Below are positions 1 to 9,177 of a stretch of DNA of 64,000 bases, piece by piece; the first letter of the stretch is position 1; every line of letters begins with the position of its first letter. The position numbers and the translations under genes are program-made. The notes under the pieces are model-generated. The model had not been told where the DNA came from, did no database searches, and saw nothing but the letters and a program-made list of their open reading frames with translations. The DNA comes from Thermodesulfobacteriota bacterium (GTDB taxonomy: Bacteria; Desulfobacterota; Desulfobacteria; Desulfobacterales; JARGFK01): assembly GCA_040757625.1 (NCBI GenBank), contig JBFLWU010000015.1, forward strand, positions 7,684-71,683, given 5' to 3'.

Positions 1-117
1 AAGATCGGTGATATCGACCCCCGCAAGGACAAGAGCTATTGCTATACGATTTCCGACAAGGCCAGAGCCATCGGCGGATCGGTGCTGGAGGCTATTCTGA
101 GGGTGTATAATGTCTAG
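1..117 (+). CDS. 3' end of an unidentified CDS entering from upstream (last 38 codons ...GGSVLEAILRVYNV*)
   Basis: Frame 1 is open from position 1 to TAG at 115-117. The fragment is too short to assign a family. Confidence 0.3.
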   Translation, partial: KIGDIDPRKDKSYCYTISDKARAIGGSVLEAILRVYNV

Positions 118-367
118 AAGTCATTTCAAAACCCCGTCTAAGGCCCGATAGCCGCGTTGCAAGCCTCTTCAAAATGCTCACATCCTTTCATGTATGCTGC
201 GTTTTCATCGGCTTGCGCCTGGCTCTCAGCCCTTATCCGGGATTTTGAAACGACTTCCCTGTTAGAGCAGGGAAGACGGATTGATTGCGTGTTGCGGGTA
301 CGCGTTGCGGCTTCCGGTTTCCGCTTACGCCATAGAATCCTGGAACCCTTTACCTGGATTTCAAACC

Positions 368-1147
368 ATGATTTCTCTGCGGGAAGGACTGCAGCTGAGG
401 AAGGGCGGTGTCGTCTGTTTCGTCGGCGCCGGCGGCAAAACCAGCCTGATGTTCCGTCTGGCACGGGAGCTTTCGGCCGGGAGCGATTCAGTTCTGACCA
501 CGACCACGACAAAAATTCGAATGCCCGCCCGGGACCAGTCGGAAACCATCGTGATTTCTTCGCAAAGGGAAGAAATTATCAGCCGGGCCGGCCGGTTTCC
601 TGCAACCGGCTTCCATTTTACGGCAGTCGCGGAAATATTAAGCTCTCAGAACAAACTGAAAGGGTACCTTCCCGAGTTTGTCGATGAATTGTGGGAAAGC
701 CGCCGTTTTACCTGGATTCTGGTGGAGGCCGACGGCGCCGCCGGCAAATCTTTAAAGGCCCCGGCCGGGCATGAGCCCGTTATCCCATCTTCGGCCAAAC
801 GGATCATCGGGCTTGCGGGGCTGGACGTGTTCGGGAAGCCGTTTGACGAACACTCGGTTTTCAGACCGGAGGTGTTCGCGAAGCTGACCGGACTTGCTTT
901 GGGAAAGGCGGTTTGCGCCTCGGCCATCGCGGCATCTTTCATCCATGCGGAAGGGATTTTCAGGGGGAGCCCTGAGACTGCCGGTCGTTATATATTTTTA
1001 AACAAGGCCGAACACCCTCGGGAAATTGAAGCGGGGCGTGAAATTGCGAAAATCGTCAAGAAAGCGGCCCCCGCCGGGATCAAACGAATCCTCATCGGCA
1101 GTGTTTTGAAAAGCCCGCCGGTATTGGACCAGTTTGATATACCATAA
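368..1147 (+). CDS. yqeC: YqeC-like accessory protein (selenium-dependent molybdenum hydroxylase maturation family)
   Basis: ORF 281..1147 trimmed to ATG 368 (MISLREGLQL). It has the N-terminal nucleotide-binding-like motif VCFVGAGGKTSLMF and the ~260 aa length typical of YqeC. An XdhC-family gene follows directly. Confidence 0.7.
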   Translation: MISLREGLQLRKGGVVCFVGAGGKTSLMFRLARELSAGSDSVLTTTTTKIRMPARDQSETIVISSQREEIISRAGRFPATGFHFTAVAEILSSQNKLKGYLPEFVDELWESRRFTWILVEADGAAGKSLKAPAGHEPVIPSSAKRIIGLAGLDVFGKPFDEHSVFRPEVFAKLTGLALGKAVCASAIAASFIHAEGIFRGSPETAGRYIFLNKAEHPREIEAGREIAKIVKKAAPAGIKRILIGSVLKSPPVLDQFDIP

Positions 1148-1271
1148 ACAAAATGAAATACGGTTGTTCGGGAATTTCCAGTTCAACCTTTGGCCCCACT
1201 CCTAATCGGATTCTGTGCGGGGGAAATGAATTGTGGGATCATAAGCAAATTCTTATTGCAAGGAGAGACAC

Positions 1272-2342
1272 ATGAACAATTTTTTCCTTGACTTGGATAA
1301 ACTATTGGCGGCGGGCAAAAAGGTCGTGATTGCCCGCATTATTTACCAGAAAGGTTCGGCCCCGCGTTCCATCGGAACCAAGTGCATCATCCTTGAAAGC
1401 GGCGAAATCCTTGGGACCATCGGCGGCGGCGCCCTGGAATATCAGGTGATCGAAAAGTCCAAAGATGTTTTCAAAGCGGGCAAATCCGCTACGATCCATT
1501 TTCAGCTGACGGGCACGGATGTGGCCGATACGGACATGCTATGCGGCGGGATTGTGGATGTTTTCCTGGAACCGGTATTTCCGGACAATCCGGCTGCCGG
1601 AGAGATATACGCAAAGACCCGGGCGCTCGTGATGAAGGGCAGCGGAAATGGAACGCTCCTGACCCTGATTGCGGACGGAATTTCGCATGGCCGGCAGGAC
1701 CGGCACGCCCTGATGATTGAAGACGCTTCCGGCAGGGAGGTGATCGGCCGGATCGCCGGCGCTGTTGATCTCGGCGCAGACTCGCGCTTAAAGGTTAAAG
1801 AACCTCAATTGATAAAATTAAAAGCCGAAGGGCAATCCGTCTTTGCGGAACCGATTCAAGCCGCCGATGTCCTCTACATTTTCGGCGCCGGCCATATTTC
1901 CACCTTTCTCAGCCCGCTGGCCAAACTGGTGGGATTCTGCGTCGTTGTCATCGATGATCGCGAGGAATTTGCCAATCGAAAGCGTTTCCCCGACGCCGAT
2001 GAAATCCTGGTGACGCCGCTGTCGCAAGCGTTTGACGGGATTGTCGTTACACATTCCGCCTATATTGCCGTTATCACCCGGGGGCACATCCATGATCACG
2101 CCGTTCTCCGGGAAGCCCTGAAACATCAACCCGCCTATATCGGCATGATCGGAAGCAGAAGAAAAAGAGAGATGATTTATCAGGCGTTAATGAAAGAAGG
2201 CATGCCGCAGACAATCCTTCAAACCGTGCATTCACCCATCGGGCTTGCCATCGGGGCTGAGACACCCGAGGAGATCGCCGTCAGCATTGTTGCCGAACTG
2301 ATCCAGGAAAGAGATCGTTTGAATAAAAAGCTTGCCGGGTAA
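1272..2342 (+). CDS. xdhC: XdhC/CoxI-family molybdenum-cofactor insertion/maturation protein
   Basis: 356 aa. N-terminal motif GSAPRSIGTKCII...GTIGGGALE and C-terminal Rossmann-like LYIFGAGHIS...VVVIDDREEF. AAGGAGAG lies upstream of the ATG. Confidence 0.85.
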   Translation: MNNFFLDLDKLLAAGKKVVIARIIYQKGSAPRSIGTKCIILESGEILGTIGGGALEYQVIEKSKDVFKAGKSATIHFQLTGTDVADTDMLCGGIVDVFLEPVFPDNPAAGEIYAKTRALVMKGSGNGTLLTLIADGISHGRQDRHALMIEDASGREVIGRIAGAVDLGADSRLKVKEPQLIKLKAEGQSVFAEPIQAADVLYIFGAGHISTFLSPLAKLVGFCVVVIDDREEFANRKRFPDADEILVTPLSQAFDGIVVTHSAYIAVITRGHIHDHAVLREALKHQPAYIGMIGSRRKREMIYQALMKEGMPQTILQTVHSPIGLAIGAETPEEIAVSIVAELIQERDRLNKKLAG

Positions 2343-2465
2343 AGCGGGAGAATTTGCCGGAGGCCGGTTCGAAAATAGGCAGAATCGGTTCGATCGGCTG
2401 AGAAGGCGGTGCTTCAGATGGAAAACAAATCAGCGGCCGGCCTCCGGCAAAACTGTTAGGCCTTG

Positions 2466-4076
2466 TTACACTTTCACGCGCAGTTTGGCCTGGTTTTCAC
2501 CATTGATGAAATGATCGCCTTTCAGGGCACGTTCGGCTTCCAGTTCCAGTTCCTCATCCCACTGGCCCAGGGAGTATCCGAACCAGGGCGGCTGCGGCGT
2601 CAGCGCAGGCAGGCCCAATTCCTCCCAGATCTTTCGGGCGTTTTCCATGTACTTCTTTTTCGGAAGCGAAATCGGCGGATACGGTTCTTTTAAAATGGCG
2701 TTGACCAGCAGGGCGGACTCGTCGGCCGGATCATGCTGAGACGCAATGTCCGTGCTGACGCTGGCGCCGCCGAAGGGGGGCGCATGACCTTTTTCAAGTC
2801 CCTTCAGAATCTGAACATCTAGATGGGGCTTCATCCGGTAACACATGGCCCACATGACGGCATCCAGGTTTTCGGGATCGATATCGGTGTCCACCGCCAC
2901 CAGAATTTTTCCGACCCCCTGATGAAGGGACACGGTGGCATACAGGGCCCGCCACACTTCCGATTCGCTGGGTTTGTCCATCTGGATGACGATGAATTTT
3001 CGCAGGTTGGTGAGGGGCTCGTGCAGGTATACCCGTTTGACGCACTTGATACTGTATACGTTTTTCAGGTGGTTGATAAACAGAGGCTCATATCCGACCT
3101 TCTTGACTACCGAGCTTTCGCTGGGGGTCACCTGGCTGATCCAGGAAACATAGGTGGCTTTCTTTTTGTGGGTAATGCAGGTGACTTCCATGTACGGATT
3201 GGTCTGGCGCGGATGCATATAGCCGTGGGACTCGCCGAAAGGCCCTTCCGGTTCCAGATATTCGGTCGACATTTTGCCTTCGATGACGATTTCCGCATCC
3301 GCCGGAACTAAAATATCCACGGTTTTACATTTGACCACCGGGATCGGTTCGCCCACCAGGCCGCCGGCAACGGTGATTTCATCAACATCGCGGGGTACTT
3401 TTTGAACGGCCGCATAGGAAACAGCCGGCGGAGCGCCGATGACCAGAGCGGCCTCCAGGGGAACTCCTTTGGCCTTGGCCTTTTCCCAATGTACCTGGAT
3501 GTCCTGCCCCAGGCCGCTGGGGAAGCACCCCACTTTGCGGCGCTGTTTCATCTGGCCCCGGTAATTACCGATATTTTGAATGCCGGTTTCAATATCTTTT
3601 GTAAACCAGTGAGAGCAGGTGGAATAGGGAGCGTTGTCAAAACCGGGCGTTGAAATGGGGACCGGAAAGCGATCGGTGCCGTTGCCTTCCTTGTCCAAAT
3701 CATTTCCCTTGATGACGACTTCCTGGCAGGGCGCTTTATCCACAATAACGGGATCAATCCGATTGGCAAGAGCTTTTTGCCAGATCGTGTTGACCTCTTC
3801 GGGTTTGCAGCCCACGCCGGTGAAATAAATTTCCGGGTTGGCCGCCAGTGCGCCCACAACCACCGGCATGTCATATTTTTTGCCTTTGGCGTCAACTACG
3901 TTTTCAAACAAAAATGCCTTGCGGTCTTTTTCGGCAATGCCGCCGCGGTATTGCCATCTTACCAGCGGATGGAGCTCCGTGTCTTTATTGATTTCTCTTT
4001 TGACACGAACCAGCAGCCCTTTTTTCTCCAGGGTTTTCAGGTGTTGGTTGAGAGTTTTATACCTTTTTGTTGCCAT
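2466..4076 (-). CDS. UbiD-family (prFMN-dependent) decarboxylase, long form L1 (536 aa)
   Basis: ORF 2466..4142 trimmed to the ATG at 4076 (MATKRYKTLNQHL), which has AGGAGGAAGG just upstream. UbiD-like blocks include PVPISTPGFDNAPY, EGPFGESHGYMHPR and GKILVAVDTDIDP. It has an acidic C-terminal extension, GYSLGQWDEELELEAE. Confidence 0.9.
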   Translation of the reverse strand: MATKRYKTLNQHLKTLEKKGLLVRVKREINKDTELHPLVRWQYRGGIAEKDRKAFLFENVVDAKGKKYDMPVVVGALAANPEIYFTGVGCKPEEVNTIWQKALANRIDPVIVDKAPCQEVVIKGNDLDKEGNGTDRFPVPISTPGFDNAPYSTCSHWFTKDIETGIQNIGNYRGQMKQRRKVGCFPSGLGQDIQVHWEKAKAKGVPLEAALVIGAPPAVSYAAVQKVPRDVDEITVAGGLVGEPIPVVKCKTVDILVPADAEIVIEGKMSTEYLEPEGPFGESHGYMHPRQTNPYMEVTCITHKKKATYVSWISQVTPSESSVVKKVGYEPLFINHLKNVYSIKCVKRVYLHEPLTNLRKFIVIQMDKPSESEVWRALYATVSLHQGVGKILVAVDTDIDPENLDAVMWAMCYRMKPHLDVQILKGLEKGHAPPFGGASVSTDIASQHDPADESALLVNAILKEPYPPISLPKKKYMENARKIWEELGLPALTPQPPWFGYSLGQWDEELELEAERALKGDHFINGENQAKLRVKV

Positions 4077-4269
4077 TTCCTTCCTCCTGTTGTGGGTTAA
4101 AGACCGGTCGGCATATTTTGTAAAAAAATGAACAATACCCAAGAAGGTTCATCATTCGGATTGCGAAAAAACAAACCAATTCCGGCTTACCAAGGATTAG
4201 AGAAGTCGCAGCATCACTGAAGCCGAAGGATTGCAGCTATTTTTCGATGCGGCCGAATTAACTACAATA

Positions 4270-4306
4270 TAGTCACAATGTAACTATAATCGTTTGGGGA
4301 TGTCAA
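4270..4306 (-). promoter_or_regulatory. sigma70-like promoter with operator A (TAGTCAC-AAT-GTAACTA) upstream of UbiD L1
   Basis: On the minus strand: a T-tract, TTGACA (4306..4301), an 18-nt spacer and TACATT. The 17-bp pseudo-palindrome at 4270..4286 overlaps the -10. Confidence 0.5.
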
Positions 4307-4372
4307 GAAAAAAAACAGCCGCTTTAAGTCTATCCGTTTCTGCCGAAAACATCCTGAAATAATTGAATAGAA

Positions 4373-5080
4373 TTAATCCCACAAAACGCCGGCCCTGCGA
4401 CCTTTTTCCAGATAATATTCCCAAACTTTTTTGATGCTTACGGATGGCAGGTAGGTTTTAGCGGCTGCGCGTTTGATCTGTTCCGGCGAAAGCGGCCGGG
4501 GGGTGCCGAGGATGGAGGATTCCACCAGCAGGCGGGCGTTTTCTTCCAGATACAGACAGGCCACAAAAGTTGCCTCGATGGAGGATTCAGCCACCACCGC
4601 ACCGTGTCCTTTCATAATAACGGCGCGTGAGCTGCCCAGCGCGTTGGCCAGTCCGTCTGCCTCTTCAAAGGTGGTGATTTTCTCCGCCTCGGAATAAACC
4701 GGGACCACCGCCCCGAAAATGCTGCCGTGATGGCAGACGGGGACCAGGTCCTTTCCGGCAATGCTGGGCAGAATCGCGTAATGGCAATGGATGTGAGCCA
4801 CGCTGTTGACATCGGGCCTGGCCCGATAAACAGCGGCGTGAATGGGGAGCTCTTGGGGCGGCTCATGCCTGCCGCCGACCCATTCGCCGGTCAACGAGAC
4901 TTCCGGCAGATCGTCCGGGATCACCGCCTCGCGGGAAATCCGCATGGGGTTTATAAAGAAGGTCTTCAGGCCCGGCGCCCGGACGCTGATATGCCCGGAA
5001 TAATCCAGCAGCCCCGCCAGGGTCAGGAGGCGGCAGGCCCGCGCCGCATTGTCTTTCGAGATCTGGATGTCTTTGTCCAT
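4373..5080 (-). CDS. class II aldolase/adducin-fold protein
   Basis: 235 aa. Metal-binding His cluster VAHIHCHYAILPS. The N-terminus LAGLLDYSGHISVR is typical of the family. Confidence 0.85.
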   Translation of the reverse strand: MDKDIQISKDNAARACRLLTLAGLLDYSGHISVRAPGLKTFFINPMRISREAVIPDDLPEVSLTGEWVGGRHEPPQELPIHAAVYRARPDVNSVAHIHCHYAILPSIAGKDLVPVCHHGSIFGAVVPVYSEAEKITTFEEADGLANALGSSRAVIMKGHGAVVAESSIEATFVACLYLEENARLLVESSILGTPRPLSPEQIKRAAAKTYLPSVSIKKVWEYYLEKGRRAGVLWD

Positions 5081-5093
5081 GAAATGCTGCTCC

Positions 5094-5486
5094 TCATTTG
5101 CTGATGGTTATCTCAACAACGTCGCCGTCATGCAACCCTAAGGTTTCCTTCAGGCATACCGGCGAAATAATTTCTATGATATGTCTTGCATGAATCCGGA
5201 CATTCTCGGCAGGGATGATGATCGCTCCCATAACGCCTTTTATGTTAACAGGAAATGTCCGGGCGCAGCAGAATTGAGGGTCCGGCGGCACCAGGGCCAG
5301 ACTGTCGATACCCCTCAGGGAATTCAGTTTGGCGGTGTCCGATTCGGCGATTTCCAGGTTCAGGGTTCCGGGATAAGGCTTAAACCCCAATTTCTCTTCG
5401 CACTGCTCCTGCACCCAGTCCAATTGCGTGAAAAAAGCGGCCTGGCGCGCTCCGCTTACAATTCTGCCGGTTAATGTATCGCTCAT
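5094..5486 (-). CDS. ribK: CTP-dependent riboflavin kinase (archaeal RibK-type domain)
   Basis: 130 aa. GRIVSGARQAAFF...LGFKPYPGTLNLEI matches the PYPGTLN signature of archaeal-type riboflavin kinases. Confidence 0.7.
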   Translation of the reverse strand: MSDTLTGRIVSGARQAAFFTQLDWVQEQCEEKLGFKPYPGTLNLEIAESDTAKLNSLRGIDSLALVPPDPQFCCARTFPVNIKGVMGAIIIPAENVRIHARHIIEIISPVCLKETLGLHDGDVVEITISK

Positions 5487-5525
5487 GTTCTTGACGCTTT
5501 CCGGGCATAGGGTTTTCAGCCGGAT

Positions 5526-5846
5526 CTATTTTTGAAACCATTTCTTGAATTGAAAGTCATTCGGCGATTGGATGGAAGTATCGCTTAATATGGATTTCAG
5601 ACTGACTACATGTTCATGGGTTTCACCCAGCGCAGCGGCCAGGGACCGGGCAGCTCGGCCCAGGGTGCCGTCCAGCGGCGCCTGAAATTTTTCTTTGGCA
5701 TCAGGCGGAAGGTGTTGATACGCGCTGACAATATTTCGGACCCAGTTGGACAGCTCGTCGGGATTTAAGTCCTTTTTACCATATACGTACCCTTCAAATG
5801 CTCCGACAGTCGCTGCGAATTCATAAATTTTCGCATATAGATGCAT
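5526..5846 (-). CDS. hypothetical protein (106 aa)
   Basis: Strong RBS GGAGGAAG lies 5 nt before the ATG at 5846. It is the first gene of the ribK-aldolase operon. No family recognised. Confidence 0.55.
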   Translation of the reverse strand: MHLYAKIYEFAATVGAFEGYVYGKKDLNPDELSNWVRNIVSAYQHLPPDAKEKFQAPLDGTLGRAARSLAAALGETHEHVVSLKSILSDTSIQSPNDFQFKKWFQK

Positions 5847-6081
5847 CAGGCTTCCTCCATTAAAGATTGAAACCGAGAAAAGATATTCGCAGCATAAAGG
5901 GGACGCCCCGATTTGTCAACGGTCCAGAAAGGGTTGGGCGGCAGTGGCAAGGAGCCGGTTTTGATTTGACATCCACTCAAACCGCGTGATACCTGAATCA
6001 TGCAAAAAACATGAAAGCTTCCGGCGCGTGTAATATTCAGATAAAGCGCACAACTATCAACCCATCCATGAACGGTTGAAA

Positions 6082-6954
6082 ATGGCCGCTGTCTACGCGA
6101 TTCTTTCAGCATTTTTGTATGCCGTTGCGAATGTTTATACCAAAAAGGGATTCGCACACACCAATATCCTGTCTGCTTTCATCATCAGCATTATTTCATG
6201 CTTTATTTCTTCTCTGGCGATTTGCCTGTTTCTGTTTTCATTCGAGCGGTATTTTGATCGGGCTGTCTGGTTTTTCATCGCGGCGGGTCTTGTCGGCCCT
6301 TTCCTGGGAAGGGCCCTTTTGTATGAAGCGATCGATCGCGTGGGCGCATCGGTGGCCTGCACCGTATTTGAAGCCAAGCCGATTTTTTCCGTCGTAATCG
6401 CCGTGCTTGTGCTGGAGGAACGGCTAAGCATTTCCATTCTGTTCGGGGTCCTATTGATGATGCTGGGAACCGTGATTATCAGCCGGGAAAGCTCCGGCGG
6501 CGATATTGTAAAAAAATGGACCCGCAGGGATTTGATTCTGCCGCTGTTTGCCGGCGCATGCTATGGGGGCTCTCACGTATTGAGAAAAATAGGAATTAAT
6601 TTGACGCCCGAACCTTTTATGGCGGTGATGTGGCAAAATGCCGGTGCGCTGATTTGTTCGCCTTTCCTTATCTGGGCCTATCGCAACAATCAGCAGGTAA
6701 CTTTTCACAATCAAAAGGCCTGGTTTGTTTTCGGCGTAGCCGGGATATTGCAGGTGGCGGCCCAATGGTGCCTCTTTGCGGCATTGGAATACGGCACCGT
6801 TGTAGTGGTGTCTCCGCTGACTTCGTTGTCCACGCTGTTCGTTCTGTTGCTGGCGGCGTTTCTTCTGAAGAAAGTCGAACGCATCACCTGGAAGATCGTA
6901 ACCGGCGCACTGTTGATTATCGGCGCTACGGTTGTATTGACGCTGTTTCCATAG
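6082..6954 (+). CDS. EamA/DMT-family membrane transporter
   Basis: About 10 predicted hydrophobic helices in two repeated halves. ATG at 6082 chosen over the TTG at 6076. Confidence 0.85.
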   Translation: MAAVYAILSAFLYAVANVYTKKGFAHTNILSAFIISIISCFISSLAICLFLFSFERYFDRAVWFFIAAGLVGPFLGRALLYEAIDRVGASVACTVFEAKPIFSVVIAVLVLEERLSISILFGVLLMMLGTVIISRESSGGDIVKKWTRRDLILPLFAGACYGGSHVLRKIGINLTPEPFMAVMWQNAGALICSPFLIWAYRNNQQVTFHNQKAWFVFGVAGILQVAAQWCLFAALEYGTVVVVSPLTSLSTLFVLLLAAFLLKKVERITWKIVTGALLIIGATVVLTLFP

Positions 6955-7022
6955 ACACCGGCCGAATCCGTCACATCGATTCGGCGCATCATTATTTCTC
7001 TTTCATCGCACTAAAATACCTC

Positions 7023-7078
7023 TTGACATTACCTATAATGAATGTATAAAAACTTAGCATATAGCTATAATTTAGCTA
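7023..7078 (+). promoter_or_regulatory. sigma70-like promoter (TTGACA-16-TATAAA) with operator B (TAGCTAT-AAT-TTAGCTA)
   Basis: -35 at 7023..7028 and -10 at 7045..7050. The 17-bp pseudo-palindrome at 7062..7078 lies just downstream, with an extra TAGCATA half-site at 7055. Confidence 0.55.
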
Positions 7079-7421
7079 GTTTCTTCCGTTTAAGATTTTC
7101 CCCGATAATTCCTCTTCGCTTTGGAGAGGAATTACTTCAAATATCAGCCCAACGTGCGCGATTTTGTTGCAGTTTGTTCGATAATAAACTGGTTCGACGA
7201 TAAATTGATCCGATATTAAAAGCTGGACCGTAGTTTAATTACTTTTCCCTGTATCTTTCAACAGGCGTATATATGAGCCGGTATTGATCGATACTTTCCG
7301 ATCAAATAGCGACCTGAAGAAATAATTATATTGCGATACCTGTTAATGAGTCAGTGGCCGGGAAAGTCGGTTCCCTGTTGCACGCTATTTCATTAAACTT
7401 AAAGCCGAATGAGGTGCTGCA

Positions 7422-8420
7422 ATGAAAACGAAATTGGTATTACTGATTATCGCATTTGTGTTGGCATGGATGCCCATAACGAACGGACATGCCACACCTT
7501 TCTATGAAGGGAAGGTCATCCAGTTGATCGTTTCAACAAAACCGGGAGGCGGTTTCGACTCCTATGCCCGTCTACTGGCCGGCACGATGGAGAAGTACCT
7601 GCCGGGCTGTACCATCATCGTAAAGAATGTTCCCGGTGCCGGCCATATCATTGGAACCAACCTGATTTATTCCGCGAAACCGAACGGGTTGACGTTCGGT
7701 ATTTTTGAAAGGTCGCTGGTCGCCACCCAGGTTGCCGGTTTGAAAGGCGTCAAATTCGATCTGAGCAAAATGAGCTGGCTGGGTTCGCCGGCATCCGACC
7801 CGCGTTCCTTTGTTGTGGCCAAGCATACGCCTTATCAGACCCTTGATGATGCGCTTAAGTCGAAACAGCGGATTAGGTTTGCGGCATCCGGAATCGGTAC
7901 TGCCGATTATCTGGATCCGGTTTTGATGGGAAAAATGCTTGGGGCGGAAAACTGGCAGATCAGTACGGGTTATGCCGGGCAGGAAGACCAGCTGGCAATG
8001 ATGCGGGGAGAGATTGATGCCGTAATTACTTCATGGAGCAACGGCAAGGGGTTTGTCGAAAGCGGGGAAGGACGGGTGCTGATGTTCAACAGCGACAAAC
8101 CGATACCGGGATACGAGCAATTGCCTTTGCTGAAAGATATCGTCTCAAAAGAGTATCAGCCCCTTATCGATCTGCTGCTCTTTATGGTGATGTTCAATCG
8201 GCCGTTTGCGGGACCGCCGGATATTCCGGCCGATCGCCTGGGGATATTGCGGGAAGCCTTCAAAAAGTCATGGAATGATCCGGAAATGCTTAAAAAAGCC
8301 GAGCTGATGAAACGGCCCGTCAATTACATCGGTTACGCCGAAGGTGAAAAACTGATCAAAAACGCGTTAAATCAACCGCCCGAGGTCGTCAAGCTGATTA
8401 AGGAGGCCTTTGGACAATAG
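7422..8420 (+). CDS. tctC: TctC-family (Bug) periplasmic solute-binding protein of a tripartite tricarboxylate transporter
   Basis: 332 aa. Signal peptide MKTKLVLLIIAFVLAWMPITNGHA and the motif KPGGGFDSYARL. Confidence 0.9.
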   Translation: MKTKLVLLIIAFVLAWMPITNGHATPFYEGKVIQLIVSTKPGGGFDSYARLLAGTMEKYLPGCTIIVKNVPGAGHIIGTNLIYSAKPNGLTFGIFERSLVATQVAGLKGVKFDLSKMSWLGSPASDPRSFVVAKHTPYQTLDDALKSKQRIRFAASGIGTADYLDPVLMGKMLGAENWQISTGYAGQEDQLAMMRGEIDAVITSWSNGKGFVESGEGRVLMFNSDKPIPGYEQLPLLKDIVSKEYQPLIDLLLFMVMFNRPFAGPPDIPADRLGILREAFKKSWNDPEMLKKAELMKRPVNYIGYAEGEKLIKNALNQPPEVVKLIKEAFGQ

Positions 8421-8620
8421 TCGAACCTGTCTCAAAAACCCAACCGGCGTCCGATGGCGGCGTTATCGGCCGGTTCAATATACTCACACCCGAGCAGGAC
8501 GGCCGCGGGTCGCCTTGCCCTCGAACAGCCTCTGTATTTTTGAAACAGGTTCTAATCAATTGGGGAGTGCCGGGAGTCGAAAACAAGGGAATTATCATTA
8601 CATCTGGAGGTCAATGGGAG

Positions 8621-9163
8621 ATGAATCCACAAAGTGATGCCGGAGAAATCAAGTGGGAGATGTGGCAAAAAAAAAGGGTATTTGTGCGGGAACTTTCGGG
8701 AAAATATGCCGAGATCTATGAAAATCTACTAAAACAGCCCAGGGTCTATAAAAGCAAGGAAATACCCTTTAAAGGCGGGCCGATTTTCTTTCACAAGCGC
8801 GCCGTTGATCCGAAAACCACCGCAATCACTCAGACAATCGAGTCACACATCGATGTGCTGGCCCCTGGCGGTTACGGCCAAAAACACGGCCATATGAACA
8901 GCGCACTTTTTTACATCCTGGATGGCAAAGGCTATGATATTCACGAAAAGATCCGCTATGACTGGGAGGCGGGAGATGTCTGCATCGTGGAAAACGGCTG
9001 CGTTCATCAGCATTTCAATGATGAATCCGAAAGGCCGGCGCGCTATATCGTTTTCAAGGCTAAACCGTTGTTTCTGTTTTTTCATCTGATGTTTCAGAAA
9101 AATGTGACCTATCCATCCGCGGAGCCTAAGCCGGGATGGGAAAATTTCCAGGCGGAAGATTAA
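8621..9163 (+). CDS. monocupin, gentisate-1,2-dioxygenase-like, type A (3-His pattern)
   Basis: ORF 8540..9163 trimmed to ATG 8621 (GGAGG upstream). Cupin motifs GQKHGHMNSALFYILDG and GDVCIVENGCVHQHFN. The canonical Glu of motif 1 is absent. Confidence 0.75.
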   Translation: MNPQSDAGEIKWEMWQKKRVFVRELSGKYAEIYENLLKQPRVYKSKEIPFKGGPIFFHKRAVDPKTTAITQTIESHIDVLAPGGYGQKHGHMNSALFYILDGKGYDIHEKIRYDWEAGDVCIVENGCVHQHFNDESERPARYIVFKAKPLFLFFHLMFQKNVTYPSAEPKPGWENFQAED

Positions 9164-9177
9164 AGGGGAGGAACCTC

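Noticed and set aside
2466-4142. N-terminal extensions offered by the ORF track for many genes, e.g. 4142 vs 4076, 281 vs 368, 8540 vs 8621, 11380 vs 11458, 14573 vs 14633, 17477 vs 17603, 43738 vs 43696, 47327 vs 47276 and 60073 vs 60109.
   Set aside because: In each case an internal start codon is preceded by a good Shine-Dalgarno sequence and aligns with the N-termini of paralogs in the window. The extended versions would overlap upstream genes or promoters.
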